Of a DNA stretch of 40,181 nt, positions 11,107 through 25,214 are shown one piece after another. The stretch lies in contig CT868045.1 of the NCBI GenBank assembly GCA_000165425.1, forward strand, positions 186,001 through 226,181. Reading direction: 5' to 3'. Within the stretch, counting starts at the first letter, position 1. Every line of letters begins with the position of its first letter. The DNA is from Paramecium tetraurelia (Eukaryota). Both the position numbers and the translations under genes were made by a program. A model generated the notes under the pieces. The model did no database searches. It was given only the letters and a program-made list of their open reading frames with translations, and was not told the origin of the DNA.

Positions 11107-14100
11107 ATGGGCTTTAGAGCTGTTTTAATAATTGCGACATGGTAAGAGATGAAAATATATTAGTATTTATTAAGGGATTAGCGATTGTGTTTTTGATATC
11201 ATAACAAAACCCGATACAGAATAAAGAATAATTGAATAAGACTTAGTATATTCAGGATCGAAAAATTATGGTTGGGGAGTTTGGACAAAATATGAGGCAG
11301 GATATGGGAGTCCGGAAGAATTAACTAAAACAATATCAACTATGCATGTGTTGACTGAAAAGTATTCTGAGCGAATAGTGCTGTCCTATTTCATTGAATT
11401 AGATAGGGATAAATTAATATTTACTCACCAACTATTAATATAGCATGGAGGAATAATGCAAATTAGGGAGTTGAAGACGGATGCAGCGACAGTAAACAAG
11501 AAATGGGTCTTTTTCTATTTTTGTTATAATGAAAACTTGAAGTCTTACAGTATGTTCCTTTATGCAGAAGATGATACGTTTCATGTGGGAATGTCAACAG
11601 GGGGACCTTTTGGTGTAGATGATTTGGTGAAAGAATATTATTTAGGCCAAATCATTAATGTAAAAATTAAGAATATAAATAGTTAATAAATCCATTCGAT
11701 TCATCAATAAATTACAATTTAAGTGTGTTTATCGGCTAGATTAGCGATATGGACTTAAGATATGGGATCTCCAGTTATTACGGAGATATAGACTCCTTTT
11801 TAGCTAGTATAGGATCAACAGTTTGTGTAAAGAAGTATGAGTGTTCTGGGACAACCAAGACAATAAGTTTCGACAATCTTCTTCTCAATGATTAAAGTGC
11901 TCGTGTCTTATCGAAATTGAAATATGAAAACCATCGTTTCCTCATAAGTGGATGGATCAAAGTGTCTCCGGTTCCTTTGTATCAACAAAGAACCTTAGCT
12001 CTATTCAGGATAACTTTGAAGGGTAAATACGAAGACGATAGGTATTATGGGGATCGAGCTTTGTTTTGGCAATATTTGCAAAATGCAGATCAACCGGATT
12101 CATCAGGATTGATTGTGACCACTTATCATGAGAATACCCCTTTTATCCCTTATGAAACCAATTATGATGATATAATGAGTTATTTGAGTTCATATTACAG
12201 CAAGGCAATAACTGAATGGCATTGGTTTATATATGAAGAAGGAAGAACTGAAAATGTTTATAATATATAGAATACTATTTATTGGGGAAATGGAGGTCGC
12301 AACATAAGAACAGATGAAAATCATTTATAAAAAACTCATTTGAGCGAGTCAACTTTATACATGACTCTGGGAGGAGATAAGTTCTATAGTTTTTTTGGTC
12401 AAATCTAATAGTTTTAGTTCCAATATTGCCTTGTTGATGACAACGAATACTTTTTAAGTAAGGAGATTCTGATTTCATAATAGAATGTCATTACAGTTGT
12501 TAAAGTTGTTTTGGTCCAGCTGAAATTCATTGTATTACCTGTCCTGATGAAGATACTACGAATAGAGCCTACAATCCAAGTCAGAGTAGTTGTGGATGCA
12601 AAAACTCCTATGTTGAGAATGGAGATAAGCAATGCGTTAGTAATGAATTCCGATAGCATTCTTAGAAACCCAAGAGTACTTTTAGGATATCACTATTCTT
12701 GAGGGGGAGATAGTCAATTCGATTGCTTGTGGCTTAGGTTAGTTTTATGTTTAGTTTGGCTAAAAGTCATATTGTGCTGATTGCCCAGGAAACAGAGAGC
12801 CAGATTTTCTGAGCAGAAGGAAATTGTTTTGTGTTGATTGTCTCAATTAATAGTATCATTGGTAATCAAATCCCACATGCACATAAGACTATGAATAACT
12901 GATTACAAGTTAAACGAGTGCATATTAAAAGAAGGCCAGAATACCTATAGATTACGAGTATTTCCTTATAAATTTCAATGCTGAAATGAACAAGATAGAA
13001 ATAGAACTATGTGAAGGTTGTTTGGGAGAGACAACTGCGAAATCTAACTATATTTTGAAGTAAAAATTGGATAAAGAAATAAAAGTGGAATGCAAAACGT
13101 GTTATTTTATTATTGATGGAGAATGTATTAATGTTAATAGCAATTGTGATTCTTGTGATTAAGATAAGTGTGTGGAATGCTCATTAGGTTATGCACTTTA
13201 TTAAAATGAATGTTATAAATGCCCAGTTCTATGTCCAAATGATTGTATGTTTGATGGATCCAAATTTGGGTGTTTGAAATGTGACCTCGGTTATTACTTA
13301 GACAAAGTAAATAATGAGTGTCTGTAATGTGGGGCCAATTGTATAATATGTGAGCCTGGAATACCTATGGATGGAACTTCTGTTGAAATGAAGTGTTTTA
13401 AATGCATTGATGACGTGGACTACTTTATTGATGCTGATCAGATCAATTGCAAGCTGAAAACTATGCCTCATTGCATCTATCAATATCAAGAGTTCTATTT
13501 TCGACATTAATTTTCGAATGATAGTTACCCGTTTCATCTTTAAACAAGTTGGGATTTCAATTTTTCAAAGCCTTCAGCATATAGTTACTAGAGATGTGCA
13601 CTTTGTGAAAAAGGTTATATTTATAGTTTTTACGAATACGGATCGGGTGTTGACAAGTGCATGCTAAAGTCAGAAATAACAGATGCAGATATCCCACACT
13701 TTAATACTCTTGACATTGCTCCTGAACCTGAAGATGATCACTTCTAAATTATGTTGTATCATGAACAAACAATCAGTAGGGGGTATTTCTAGTATTTTGT
13801 AATGATGCTTGGAGATTATATGACAGCAACATTAGATGGGAAGTTATATAATATTCCTGTGATGACTAACATCGATAGAAAAGTCAAAAAGAGTCTGGAT
13901 GTAACACCCTAAAAAGAGAAAGATCTATTACAAGAGTGTGCTACTAAAAATTGCAGGTATTGTATCAAGAATTATGTGTGGTTTATGGAATATTGTATGA
14001 GTTGCAATCAGGGTTATTATGCAGACATGCTCTCTGGTTAATGTTATTAATGTTTGGCTAAGTTGCATTGTCGAACCTGTCAATAACAACATAAAGTATA

Positions 14101-17100
14101 TAAGGATGGGTGGAAATGGAAAATCAGATCCTATTTTCGTGCAAGAACTTGTGCAAACTTCTGTTTTACTAGTTTTAGTCTCAAGTGTGCCAGCACAAAT
14201 GCAGATGATTATGAAGTCTATTGCACTGATTGCGAAGATGGATATGAAATCTATTAAGAAAAATGCATTCCCAAGTGCAGTTGTTCTAAATGCATTGTGC
14301 AGAATGGTCAAAATGTTTGTGTTGAATGTCCTTCATCTTTGATTAATACAAATTAGCCCATTCAAACACTAATCAACGACAAATGCACTGATTGTCCTGC
14401 CAATTGTGCTTTGTGTAGAGAATTAAATGACGATGAGATCATGTTAATCAATCCTTACTTTAACCCACAATATAGTCAACTTGCCATCTATTCCAAATCC
14501 TGTATCAAGGGCTATGAACCTGACAAAACATTGCTTCAGTACCAGTACATCTATCGTGATCCCATCTTAAGTACTCAGATCTTATGCAAACAATACTAAA
14601 AATGCTACTAATATTTGGAACAACAATATACGATCTATTGTAGTCAAGTTGATTTTGAGAATGAACTCGATTCGGCTACTAACAGTAATACATTTCTCTA
14701 CAAAAACATGGCTTTATCTCAATTATTCTCATCAACTCATTTTTCTATTGAATCTGAAAAGCTTTTCGATCAGCTCAATAAGAAATCCATCAAATCAGCA
14801 AAGTATATTCTGAATTTTAGATACTACAATGATGAGCCTTGCATTATACCTCCCAATTCTGTGATCTTTTCAAATCTTAGAAAGAACATATTTACTCTCC
14901 AATAGTTAGAGATTATTTTCAATGGAGACATCACAAAGCAGACTTCCATTCAAGGCACCTTATCTCTTTAAGATTTCTCTAAGATCACAATATAGAATTT
15001 TTAATTTGTTTAATCATCTAAACAAACCCAAATTGCTATTTCTTAACTTGATAGAGTCACTTTAAATCTCGAAAACATCATCATACAGGATTCAGATAAT
15101 TATAAATTTTAATTCTAAATCAAAGATCCTCAAATTATTTCGATCAACAAGTTTAAAATTATTAATTCTAAAATTGTGGACACTTAAGGGATTGTTGCCT
15201 ACTCATTTAGCTAATAAATTACTGATAGATTTGAATTATAAGCCAATGATATCACACTTATGAATTCCTAATTTACAAACACCTAAATAATCATTCAAAA
15301 TTTAGATGACAATTGCAACAATCAAATACATCAAATCACAAAGATAAAATCTATAAAAAATACTTTCACTACATCATCACTATTCGAAACCTACTTTCCC
15401 TTATCATAGAGATAATCTAGCTTCATAATCAAAGAGTTTTCTGTTGATGGAGACACACTAACTGACTCCAGTTACGCTATATTACAAGGTGCTCTTGATG
15501 TATTGTTGCAAGACTTGACTATTCAAAACAGTGTCACTTATGGAGGAACAAAACTATTTCAATTGCCTCTATTTGTTATTAAGAACTTCTACTTCCTAGA
15601 TAATAGTCTATAAAGTGATGAGAATAGAGTAATCACAAATCTAATAAATATCGTATATTCTGATTTGGATTCTATCACTTCAAACATCTTAACTTTTGAC
15701 AATATCAAATTTGAGAATAATTACTATGTTGGTAGTAAGGGTTTCATAGAAATAATTCAAAGCAGTAACTTTAGATTGTTGGAACTGTAAATTACTGATA
15801 TTACATTGATCAAAAATGATATGATATTAGATAGGACAACTGCTTAGAGTGCCATTACTCTAGAAAACTCTACAATTTACTTGGATGTAACAGAATTACA
15901 ATTGAAAAATGTACTTGTTAAGAGAAATCTAAATTTGCCTGAATTCACTATAAAGAATGCCAACAAGGTTACCATAACCAAATTCACAGGATAGTTGATT
16001 AAATAATTTAACATACTCCATCCTTCAAAATCCTGTCTATCTTCTGTAGATGAAGTCCGACAAACAACTATGTTGTTCTTCTTTAATATCCTGAACATAG
16101 AAATGTCGAATATCTTTTTGTCCAATCTTACATCTATAAATTTACCTTTGATTTTAATAAAATCAATTGAAAAGTAAAACAAAAGACAATTAGAAAATAT
16201 CACTCTATAAAATTGTTAATTTACAGAGAATATTCTTCTAATTACCAAAACGTCAGAGTAGTAAGGAGTATTAGCCATAATATCTGAACAAGAACAAACT
16301 ATCGTATTTTCGAAAATACAGTCAGAAAGGAATATACAACATAGTTATATCGAAGACATAGCCTTTATTTCTTCCTCGACAATTTTATTAATCACTCCAT
16401 ATTCAAATGTAGAGATGAGGGATTCATTATTTTAAAAGAATATCGTTACAAATGGAGAGAATTCCAATTTAATTTTGGTTGGTAAATAAGTGTCATTGCT
16501 GGATACGTAGTTTATAAATCAGAATAATATAGAGTTTGAGTCCTTTGCGAAAAATTTAAATTGGGGATTCTCAAATACTGATTAAGTGTACTTAGAAAAT
16601 TTGATGGCTTCATTTCCAATCTATTCCAAAGGAGGAGCTGGATACATCAAAGGTTCAGAACTCTTATTGGATAACGTGTATGTGAACAACACTCAAGCAT
16701 TATTTGGAGGAGGTTTCTATTTAATACCATAATCTTTGGGTTCGTTGAAGTTGATAAACTCTTAATTTTTAAATTGCAAGACAGTAACATCAAATTCAGA
16801 GAGATCTCAGGGAGGCACTTTATATGTGGACTCTTCCTAATCATAGTTGGATCTCTTAATAAAGAACACTACAGTAACTAATTCATATAGTCGAAATGAA
16901 GGAGGATGCATTTATATTGAACCATCTAGAGTGACTAGTTCCATCAAATTTTAAGATTTTACAATTTAGAACATCTATTCCTTGTTGACTCCTTTCTTGA
17001 GAATACCTGTAAGTTTCACCAGTTCTTCGCTAATACTGAAGATTTAATTTTCTAATGTCCAAATCACTAATGCTTACAGTGGGTATTTAGGTTATTTAGA

Positions 17101-20100
17101 GGAAATTGTGAATTTGAAACAAACTGAAATATAGAATCAAAAAAATAACTATTTGATCTCCATAGATTAAGCAAATGTTTCAATGCAAAATTGTTTGTAT
17201 AAGAATATCTTTAATTATGGTTTGTTGAATTGTCAAGATTGCCAATAAGTACTATTTACAAATGTCGAGGTCAAAAATTTCACAATGTTATCAGAAGCAA
17301 TCATGAACATCATACTGAATAAAAGTAATTATACATATTTTTACATTAGAGTATTAAAGTGCAATTTCATTTATCGAGATCGCTGTGGAGAATGTAGTAG
17401 AATTTAATGGGGTAGTAAGTATTCCAAATGAAAAGGAAGAGATTCTTGTCAATACGGTTTATAAATGTTATTCGAACTATCAGATTCCTAAGACTATAGA
17501 TACATTTTATACTGAATAGAGGAAAAAAATACTCTCGCTCCATAATTTCTATGAGATAATTAATGGGAAATAGCCCTTGATTACAATTCTGAAGATAGAT
17601 TAAGTGTCTATATTGCATTATCTATAATTTTTGAATTTCAATATGGAGCAGAATTATTGTTCAAGTTGTGAAAACAGCATCTTTCAAATTACTAATATTG
17701 ACAAGGCAGACTAAAAAAATTTGATTTACATCACAGATTCTACATTCAAAAACAATACATGTGGTAAATTTGGCTGTGTTGTGGTATCATAGAAGGATGC
17801 AAAATCATTTCAAACATAAAATTCAAATCGAATTTTAGCATCTGATTCAGTGATTGGTAATATCAATGCAGAAGTCAAAATTTTAGACACTGTTTTCATA
17901 GAGAATACAGCAACATATGGCGGAGCTTTGTTGATCTCCTAAATCAATACCTTAATCAACAATTGTATTTTTAATCAAAATGCAGCAATGTAATCTGGAG
18001 GAGCCATCTATTATTAACATTCTCATGATTCCTAATTACATCTATATAATTCCTTGATCACGTACAATAGTGCCAACGTTGGAGGGGGATTGTACATGGG
18101 GAAGTATCAGATGAATGATCCCAAGACCTTGAATAATTATTTGAGAAATAATAAGGCCAAGAGTTTTGGAGACAATATGGCTGACAATCCTTCTTAATTG
18201 ACTGCACAAGTAGGAACCTAATTGCTGTTAACTAAGAGAATCATTAATAATAATCAATAAATTATAGACCAAATCTCTTTCAGTAATTACACTATAGGTT
18301 CATAGAATTACAATTACATTATGGTTCCAAGTGGACAGATAATATCCTCGTATAAATTCTTTGATGAAAATTCTTAAAGCTTTATCAACTACAATTTCAG
18401 TTTAAGAATAGTCCCTTTGAATAAACAATATGACAGAATCAAAAACCTAACTGGAACTGAATGCACTATTAAAAGTCGTGAAATCTTAGATTCAAAAGAA
18501 GGGGAATTCAATTCAAGTCTAATAAATTTGAAGAGTGTCACTTTCAATTAGACTTCCTAAGATTACAATTTGGATTCTCTTATTGTTTACTTCAATCCAG
18601 ATTAGAATACAAAAGGGTATTTGCAATTAGAGATCTCTTGCAATTCAGTCTAAATTAGTATGTATTCGTCAGAACCTCCTTATAAATTCTCTTCTTTTCT
18701 TACTAATTATTCTCTAAGAATCGACTTATAAGCATTCCCTTGTCAAAGAGGAGAGTACAAAAAACCAGATGGCACTTGTGTTCTGTGTGATGCTCAATTT
18801 GATCAGTATAATATACAGGCAGGAGAGTAGTGTTAGATTAAGAACTAATTGACTATGGATGAAGTGAATGCAGCAAGAGTCAAACTAAAACCATTTTATT
18901 GGAGACCTTATGAATACAGTCATACTATTGAATACTGTTAGAATTTACCTGAGAATTGTGTGGGTGGTTGGAATCCTGGGAATGATCTGTGTATTAGTGC
19001 ACATATTGGTGCCCTCTGTGAATAATGTGACATCTATAATGTAAGAGGAAGTGGGAAGTTCTCTACAAGCGCTTTATACAAATGTGGAAGTTGTGAAAAT
19101 ATAGGCGACAACACCATTAAGATTGGGCTTATCAGTTTATGGACCATGATCTCAATTTTAATCTCAGTCAAAGGCACTGTTGATACAGCAAATAAGATAG
19201 ACCATGAGAATAAATTATCTAAATTGAGAATCTCTGCCAAGAATCCAAAGGCAGGTTTTGGTGGAGTGTTAATCAAAGTGTTGACCAACTATCTTCAAAT
19301 TGTTGGAGCCATATCAACATTCTAATTGTAATTACCAAGTGTTTTGCAATCGAGTATTCGATCTGTGAGCAATCCTGTTGAATCAATGAGTTTTTCATTG
19401 GATTGTTTCTTGATCACCATATCAAACATCAACATCATATACTTTAGAATGATCTGGGCTCTCATTATGCCTGTCATATACATTATCAGCTTTTTAGTTC
19501 TATATACTATCGCAGTTGTGATCAATATCACTAAGGCCGATAAAAGTGCTATTACAACAAGTGCCATATATCTATTCACATATTTATAGCCTACACTCTT
19601 GGGAGGGTTCATTTCCTTATTGTCATTTAGGAAGATCTCAGACATCTATTGGATTCAAGGGAATGTAGCCTACAGATATGATACTCAAACCCACTTTAAT
19701 TGGATGATAACTTTTCTTTTGCCTGCTACTCTTTGTCTTTCTCTAGTGATCCCAATTTATATGTTTTTGAGTCTATATAAGAGAAGAGAAAAGCTGGCAG
19801 ACGGAGAGACCAGAAGAATTTGGGGTTACTTGTATAATGAATATTCCCAGAAGGCCTATTTTTGGGAGATCGTCAAGATTCTGGAAAAGGGATTTATGAT
19901 TGTCTTCTTGACTTTTTACGAGGACTTGATCATCATTAAGGCAGCCATGATCTTCATTATAACCTTCCTCTATTCAATATTGACTAAGAACTTTAAGCCT
20001 TACAAATTACAATATTTGAATTTCATCGATGAGATCAGTACATTAGTTTGTGAAACTTCAATTGTACTAGGAATGACTATCTATTCAGCTTCAAATTCAG

Positions 20101-20588
20101 ATAATCAGGAAATAATTTGGCCTTTCTACATCATTTTGATAAGCATCAATACAATCTTTATCGTCATCATCCTTTGGGAAATCGTACTTGCATAATTGGA
20201 GGATTAACAAGAGAACATAGACAAGGTTAGGGAGAAGGTTAATTAGAAATACCCAGAATTATAAAAAAAGAATTGGCTTTTCCGTAGATTACTTACAAAT
20301 AGGGGACAGCAGTAAAAGAGAGTGAGAGAGAGATTTTAGAAGATCAGACAATACTTAATGAAAATAGTAAGGGCTAATCCAGGAAGATATAAGATGCCAA
20401 GTCTTTAAATATTTGATGTTATTTCGAATGAAAAAAACAAAGATTAGAATGTAATGGGGTATTTATCATATTAGAACTCTCCATCAGCTTCAGACAAGAG
20501 AGATACCTAAAATTATATTGATTAAATAAGCAAGGCAAAGGTCTACCCAGAATTTATCATTATTGATAAGGTAGAATCGGATTAATGA
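11107..20588 (+). CDS. Giant (~3,100 aa) surface membrane protein: signal peptide, beta-sandwich-like N-terminus, furin-like Cys-rich repeats, parallel beta-helix region, C-terminal multi-TM domain
   Basis: ATG 11107 gives MGFRAVLIIATCIYQGISDC after a 22-nt intron (11142-11163). CxxC repeats such as CHYSCQSCFGPAEIHCITC span ~12480-14420. GG-x-(I/L)-Y / FxxN-A beta-helix motifs (GGAGYI, GGGFYL, GGCIYI, YGGALL, SGGAIY, VGGGLY) span ~16600-18100. Cys linker C..GHIG-like 'SAHIGALCEQCD', then hydrophobic TM segments ~19120-20195 with the WGYLYNEY..YFWEIVK motif. TGA 20586-20588. Other tiny introns at e.g. 12458-12483 and 17325-17349. Confidence 0.9.
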
Positions 20589-20717
20589 TTTGGTTCACAA
20601 CTAGATTTGCGAATAAAGATAATTAATGAATAAATTATATCAAATTAATTATTATTTCTTCGTGAACCCAATATCTAAAATAATTGTCAGAAATGCTTCA
20701 ATTAATATTAATTATAT

Positions 20718-22921
20718 ATGATACTTTTTTTATGTTGGGTATCTCTTTTGCCTCTTATTTATTCTTACGTAGATCTAGAAACTAGCTTTACTAACAATAG
20801 ATTCACAGCTGCTGACAAAAATGGTATTAATAGTCATAACTAGGCTGGACCTTCGTTTATATGATAGATGCAGGTAATGCTGCTACAGTAACAGGTATGA
20901 CAGGCAATAGAGATACTGATTTAGAAAAAAGCTAATGTTTGACAAGTGATGGATCTTGCACTGATCCAAATGCGGTTTAATACTTTGGCTTAGGTTTGCT
21001 AGGTGAATTTGCTGGGGCTTTTAAGGTATTTGAGAATTTGCCTCCTCATTGTTAAATTTATATATCTGTTGATTTGGCTATGTACTCAATTACCATATAT
21101 TAGAAAGGGGAGAGAAATCTCAACATCTAGATTATTAGTATTGTTGGACATTTTACCTGTGGCAGCTTACACAATCAATCCCAGTGGTGATACTGACTTT
21201 TATGAAGCAGTTACATTATAAGGAGTTGCCTCTCATAGTTATCCCTTTGTATTGATTAGCTTTCATACCGCATTCTATGTGCTTCCTAAGTCTATGGGTA
21301 TTCGCAATTTAAAAATCAAATATACGCCATGTCCTCCTGGATGCTTAATTTGCACACTGATGGATGTTTAGGTGCAATGTTCCCAATGGGTTCTGGGCTA
21401 TGAGGGATTAGGTTTGACTTCTAAGCTTCTTAGTAATGATGGTTGGCAAATAACCAACTCCAAGGAATAATTTAAGAATCTGAATCAAGATGTAAACACA
21501 ATCTCCTATGTATATTGCTTGTCTCCAGGACTTGGTCCATTTACTCAAAATTAAGATGTTCAAATAGATCTGTTTTTGGATCCACATTATGAAGTTCGAT
21601 TCGTTTTCTACTTGATATCAATATATACAGATACTAGATTCCCACCTATGATTGTCGTTCGCTTAGATGGACTGGAAGTGTATTCATTAAATATCAAAAC
21701 TACAATTCCTCTAATCAATTTCTGTTAATGGGAAGCCTATAATTATGTAACTAGAAAAGAAGAAAAGTTGACAAGAAGAGTAGACTTTAATTACAAAACC
21801 ACAAAACGTAAGCTCAATCTTTCTCTCAGAACCTAAACTATTACAGTACCAATTATTTATGATCAAACCATTTTAAAAGATTTTTAAGTTTACATCAAGA
21901 AATGCTATTCAGAACCGAACTTCCCTTGCGATGAATGCATAGGCCCTCTAAAGAATGACTGTGTACAAAAGGCTAAAGTAACCAACTTTTAATAGATTGC
22001 TGCCAATGATTTCTCAACAGGTCACGGATGGTAAGTAATGCTACCAGAAACTGGTGGTGTTTAAATTTGTAATGGAAGATACTATTTTGGCTTGGACTCA
22101 ACCAAAATTACCACCTCATACATTTAAAAGTCTTTTTCGTTTAATAATCCTCACACTGATATTGAAATATCATTTATCATTCAAAAAATAGATAAGCACA
22201 CCACTGAGAAGTTTCAAATCTATTTAGATGACGCCTTGATTGAAGAAATCCCGTTTTCAACCTTTGATAGTCAGTTTAGTTATTGTGGTACTAGTGAGAA
22301 TGATGGCTAACTGTTTTATCAAAAGAAGATTGCTCATACCAGATCATATTCAGTCATTTAAATGAAATCAACTTAAACCACTACTGATGGTATTAATTTC
22401 AATAATATTCAGGCCTTTTTGGAATATACAATTTCAAACTCAAAGTTAGAAATGGATAGGAATCTTAAGATTTGTATAATGATTTATCCAATATCCCTAT
22501 TGTTGGTGCAACTTAATGGAATAAATGGATAGTTACTTAATCCTCTAATGACCTTAAATAGTATGTCTGTGATAGTTCAGTTACGTTGTTAGGTAAACTC
22601 TAGCCAGAAATGTAAATCAGAAGATTTGTCTAAAATATAGCTGTTCATACATAAATTAGGATTCAGTTCACTATTTATTTATTCACAAGTAGCTTTAATA
22701 ATAAAATTTTGACTTTAATCCTTAATAATAAAACTATTTGGGAATAAACTATTAATTGGTACAATTAAAAGGCTTGCGATGCCAATTTAGATACTTTTGT
22801 TGTCAAAGGAGATATCGTAATGGATCACGAATTAGATCACGCTTTCTTTGTATGGAGCAGTAGTGTCTCAGATCTAACTGCTTCATGGGGAATTGCAGAC
22901 TTTAAATTATTTATTTCATGA
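20718..22921 (+). CDS. Secreted/surface protein with ~4 tandem 'P-H...GI.(N/D)F' beta-domains and Cys linkers
   Basis: Signal peptide MILFLCWVSLLPLIYS. Introns at 20824-20843 and 21082-21103. Repeated units contain LPPH / LDPH / NNPH / IAVH and end in SMGIRNL, ILKDFQV, FFGIYNF, SWGIADFKL. CPPGCLIC and CDECIGP linkers. TGA 22919-22921. Confidence 0.82.
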
Positions 22922-23101
22922 ATTATTTATTAGTAAAAATCATCAATAATTTCATCTTTCTTATTACTTATTAGAATTAAGATGAGTTAAAAAGATAGTC
23001 CATCTTTCATTTTGATCAGTCTCAAATATTTCAAATGAGGGAAAGAACTTTTTGATTATTTTGTAGAAAGATATTAAATATAAATTGTGAATTAATTTGT
23101 A

Positions 23102-24702
23102 ATGAAATCTATTAATATGATTAATTAATAGGAATAGATAGTATAGTAATTTGAGAGAGTAGATAGTAAAATGATAGGAATGTGTTTAAATTTAGAATGT
23201 TAAGAATAAGATTGTTACTTTAATGAATAATAATTAAGAGATCATTAAAAAGTTAATTAATGCAGAGATTATTGTAAAATGATTGATGAAATTGAATTAA
23301 TATTAGAATACTTAATATATGAACTTAAATAATAATAATTGATTCAAACTGATTAATAAATAGAACTAGCAAATTATCAACCAATATTATCTAATTTAAA
23401 TTAATAATAATATAAATTGATAACATCTCAAGATATTTAATATTTAAAGATTCAATATAATATTTTAAATAAACAAAAGGATCAAAATAAAATCATACAA
23501 TATTGTTATTTTATTTATTTAATATTTCTTAGGTTTATAATAAGGAATTCAATTAATTGAATAACAGAATTGGCATAAAGCATTATTATACTTTACTAAG
23601 ATATCAAAATAATAATAAAAAAATGATATTGCATTATTCTATTTAGGTATTAAATTCATTTAAAATTAGGTGTAATATTATTAGAATTAAATGAATGTTC
23701 TAAATCAGGAAAAATGATTGAAAAATTAAAAACAGAATATCCAACCTTTTTTGAAAATTAAATTACAACAATGACAAAAGACTAATCAATTAATCAAAAT
23801 AATTTAGCTTAGTTATTATTAATAGGTATATTATTAATTATTATTATTAATAGGACATTCCTTATTTCAAACTAAAGAATATCATTCAGCAATTGATATA
23901 AGTGATAGGATCTTATAAATTGATAACGATAATATTAATGGTTTAATAGGAAAAAGTAATAATTCATATACAATTAAGTTGGATCATTAATAATGTTATA
24001 ATAATTTGAATAAGCTATTCAAGTTTAAAATAATTGTTTAAAAACTAACATAAACAAAAGTGTGTTAATACTTTTTTAAGGTATTTATAATTAATACATT
24101 ATTATTAAATAGGATTACTTCTAACTAAATAAGGATAATATAATTAAGCAATGACATTTTTTAATCATGCAATTTAAATAGATCCAAAATTTGCTGATGC
24201 TTATTACCTTATAGCAAACTTATATCTTGATTAAAAAAAATTCGAAGATGCAATCATTTATTTTGATAAAACAATTGATCTTGATCCATATCATGCTGAA
24301 GCATTTAATAATAAAGGAGTAGCACTGAAACAATTGAAAAAATATGAAGAAGCATTCATTTGTTTTGAGAAAGCTATTTAATCTGATCCTAATAATCCAT
24401 TTGGTCATTACAATAAAGGTTGATATATATATTCTATTATTATAAAGGCTGTTCATTAATTAAAACCAAAAACTATGTAGATGCTATTATTTGCCTAAAT
24501 AATGCACTTAATCTTAATCCAACTTGTTCATCACCATAATATGAAATAGGTTTATCATTTTATTATCTAATTAATAGGAGTGTGTTTAAAAGCCCTAAAT
24601 TAGATAAAAAAGACTATCATCAATTATAGGATGAGGATATGTAACACCCAACTTGATCATTTTCTAATCTAAGAAGTACGCTACCTTTAAAGTTTACATT
24701 GA
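23102..24702 (+). CDS. Tetratricopeptide repeat (TPR) protein
   Basis: Continuous code-6 reading after removal of seven 23-32 nt GT-AG introns. TPR text: AIQIDPKFADAYYLIANLYLDQKKFEDAIIYFDKTIDLDPYHAEAFNNKGVALKQLKKYEEAFICFEKAIQSDPNNPFGHYNKG. TGA 24700-24702. Confidence 0.9.
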
Positions 24703-25214
24703 ACTTAAAATAATAAATAAAACATCTAAATAATAACATTTATTATTTAAATAGATATATATATTCAATAATTTGTTCTATCAATTTTTTGATAAATCAG
24801 TAATTTTATTATCAATAATAATAAATTAACAGTTTTAGAATCTAAATTTAAACTTGGATATTCTAATTTAGAAGAGAATATAATTTATTCTTAAATAATT
24901 GATATTCAACCATTCTCTATTAATTTCATTATTTATTAGACTTAAGTAAAATATTGCTACTATTCTTCTAATGAAAATCATTTGATCCAAAATTTATATA
25001 AATTAAGTACATGTACTTCAAATGATGAATGTATTCAATAAAATCATATAAATAATTTAAATCCATAGATATTATTCAAAACCTTATTATTTTAGAATCT
25101 ACATTTATAGTTTCATAAAATATTGGGAATAAATTTTTATATTTTTTACATCTAATATATATTTATTTTTCAAAATGATCTATTTATAAATAAAAGTTGA
25201 TATAAATTTTTGAG

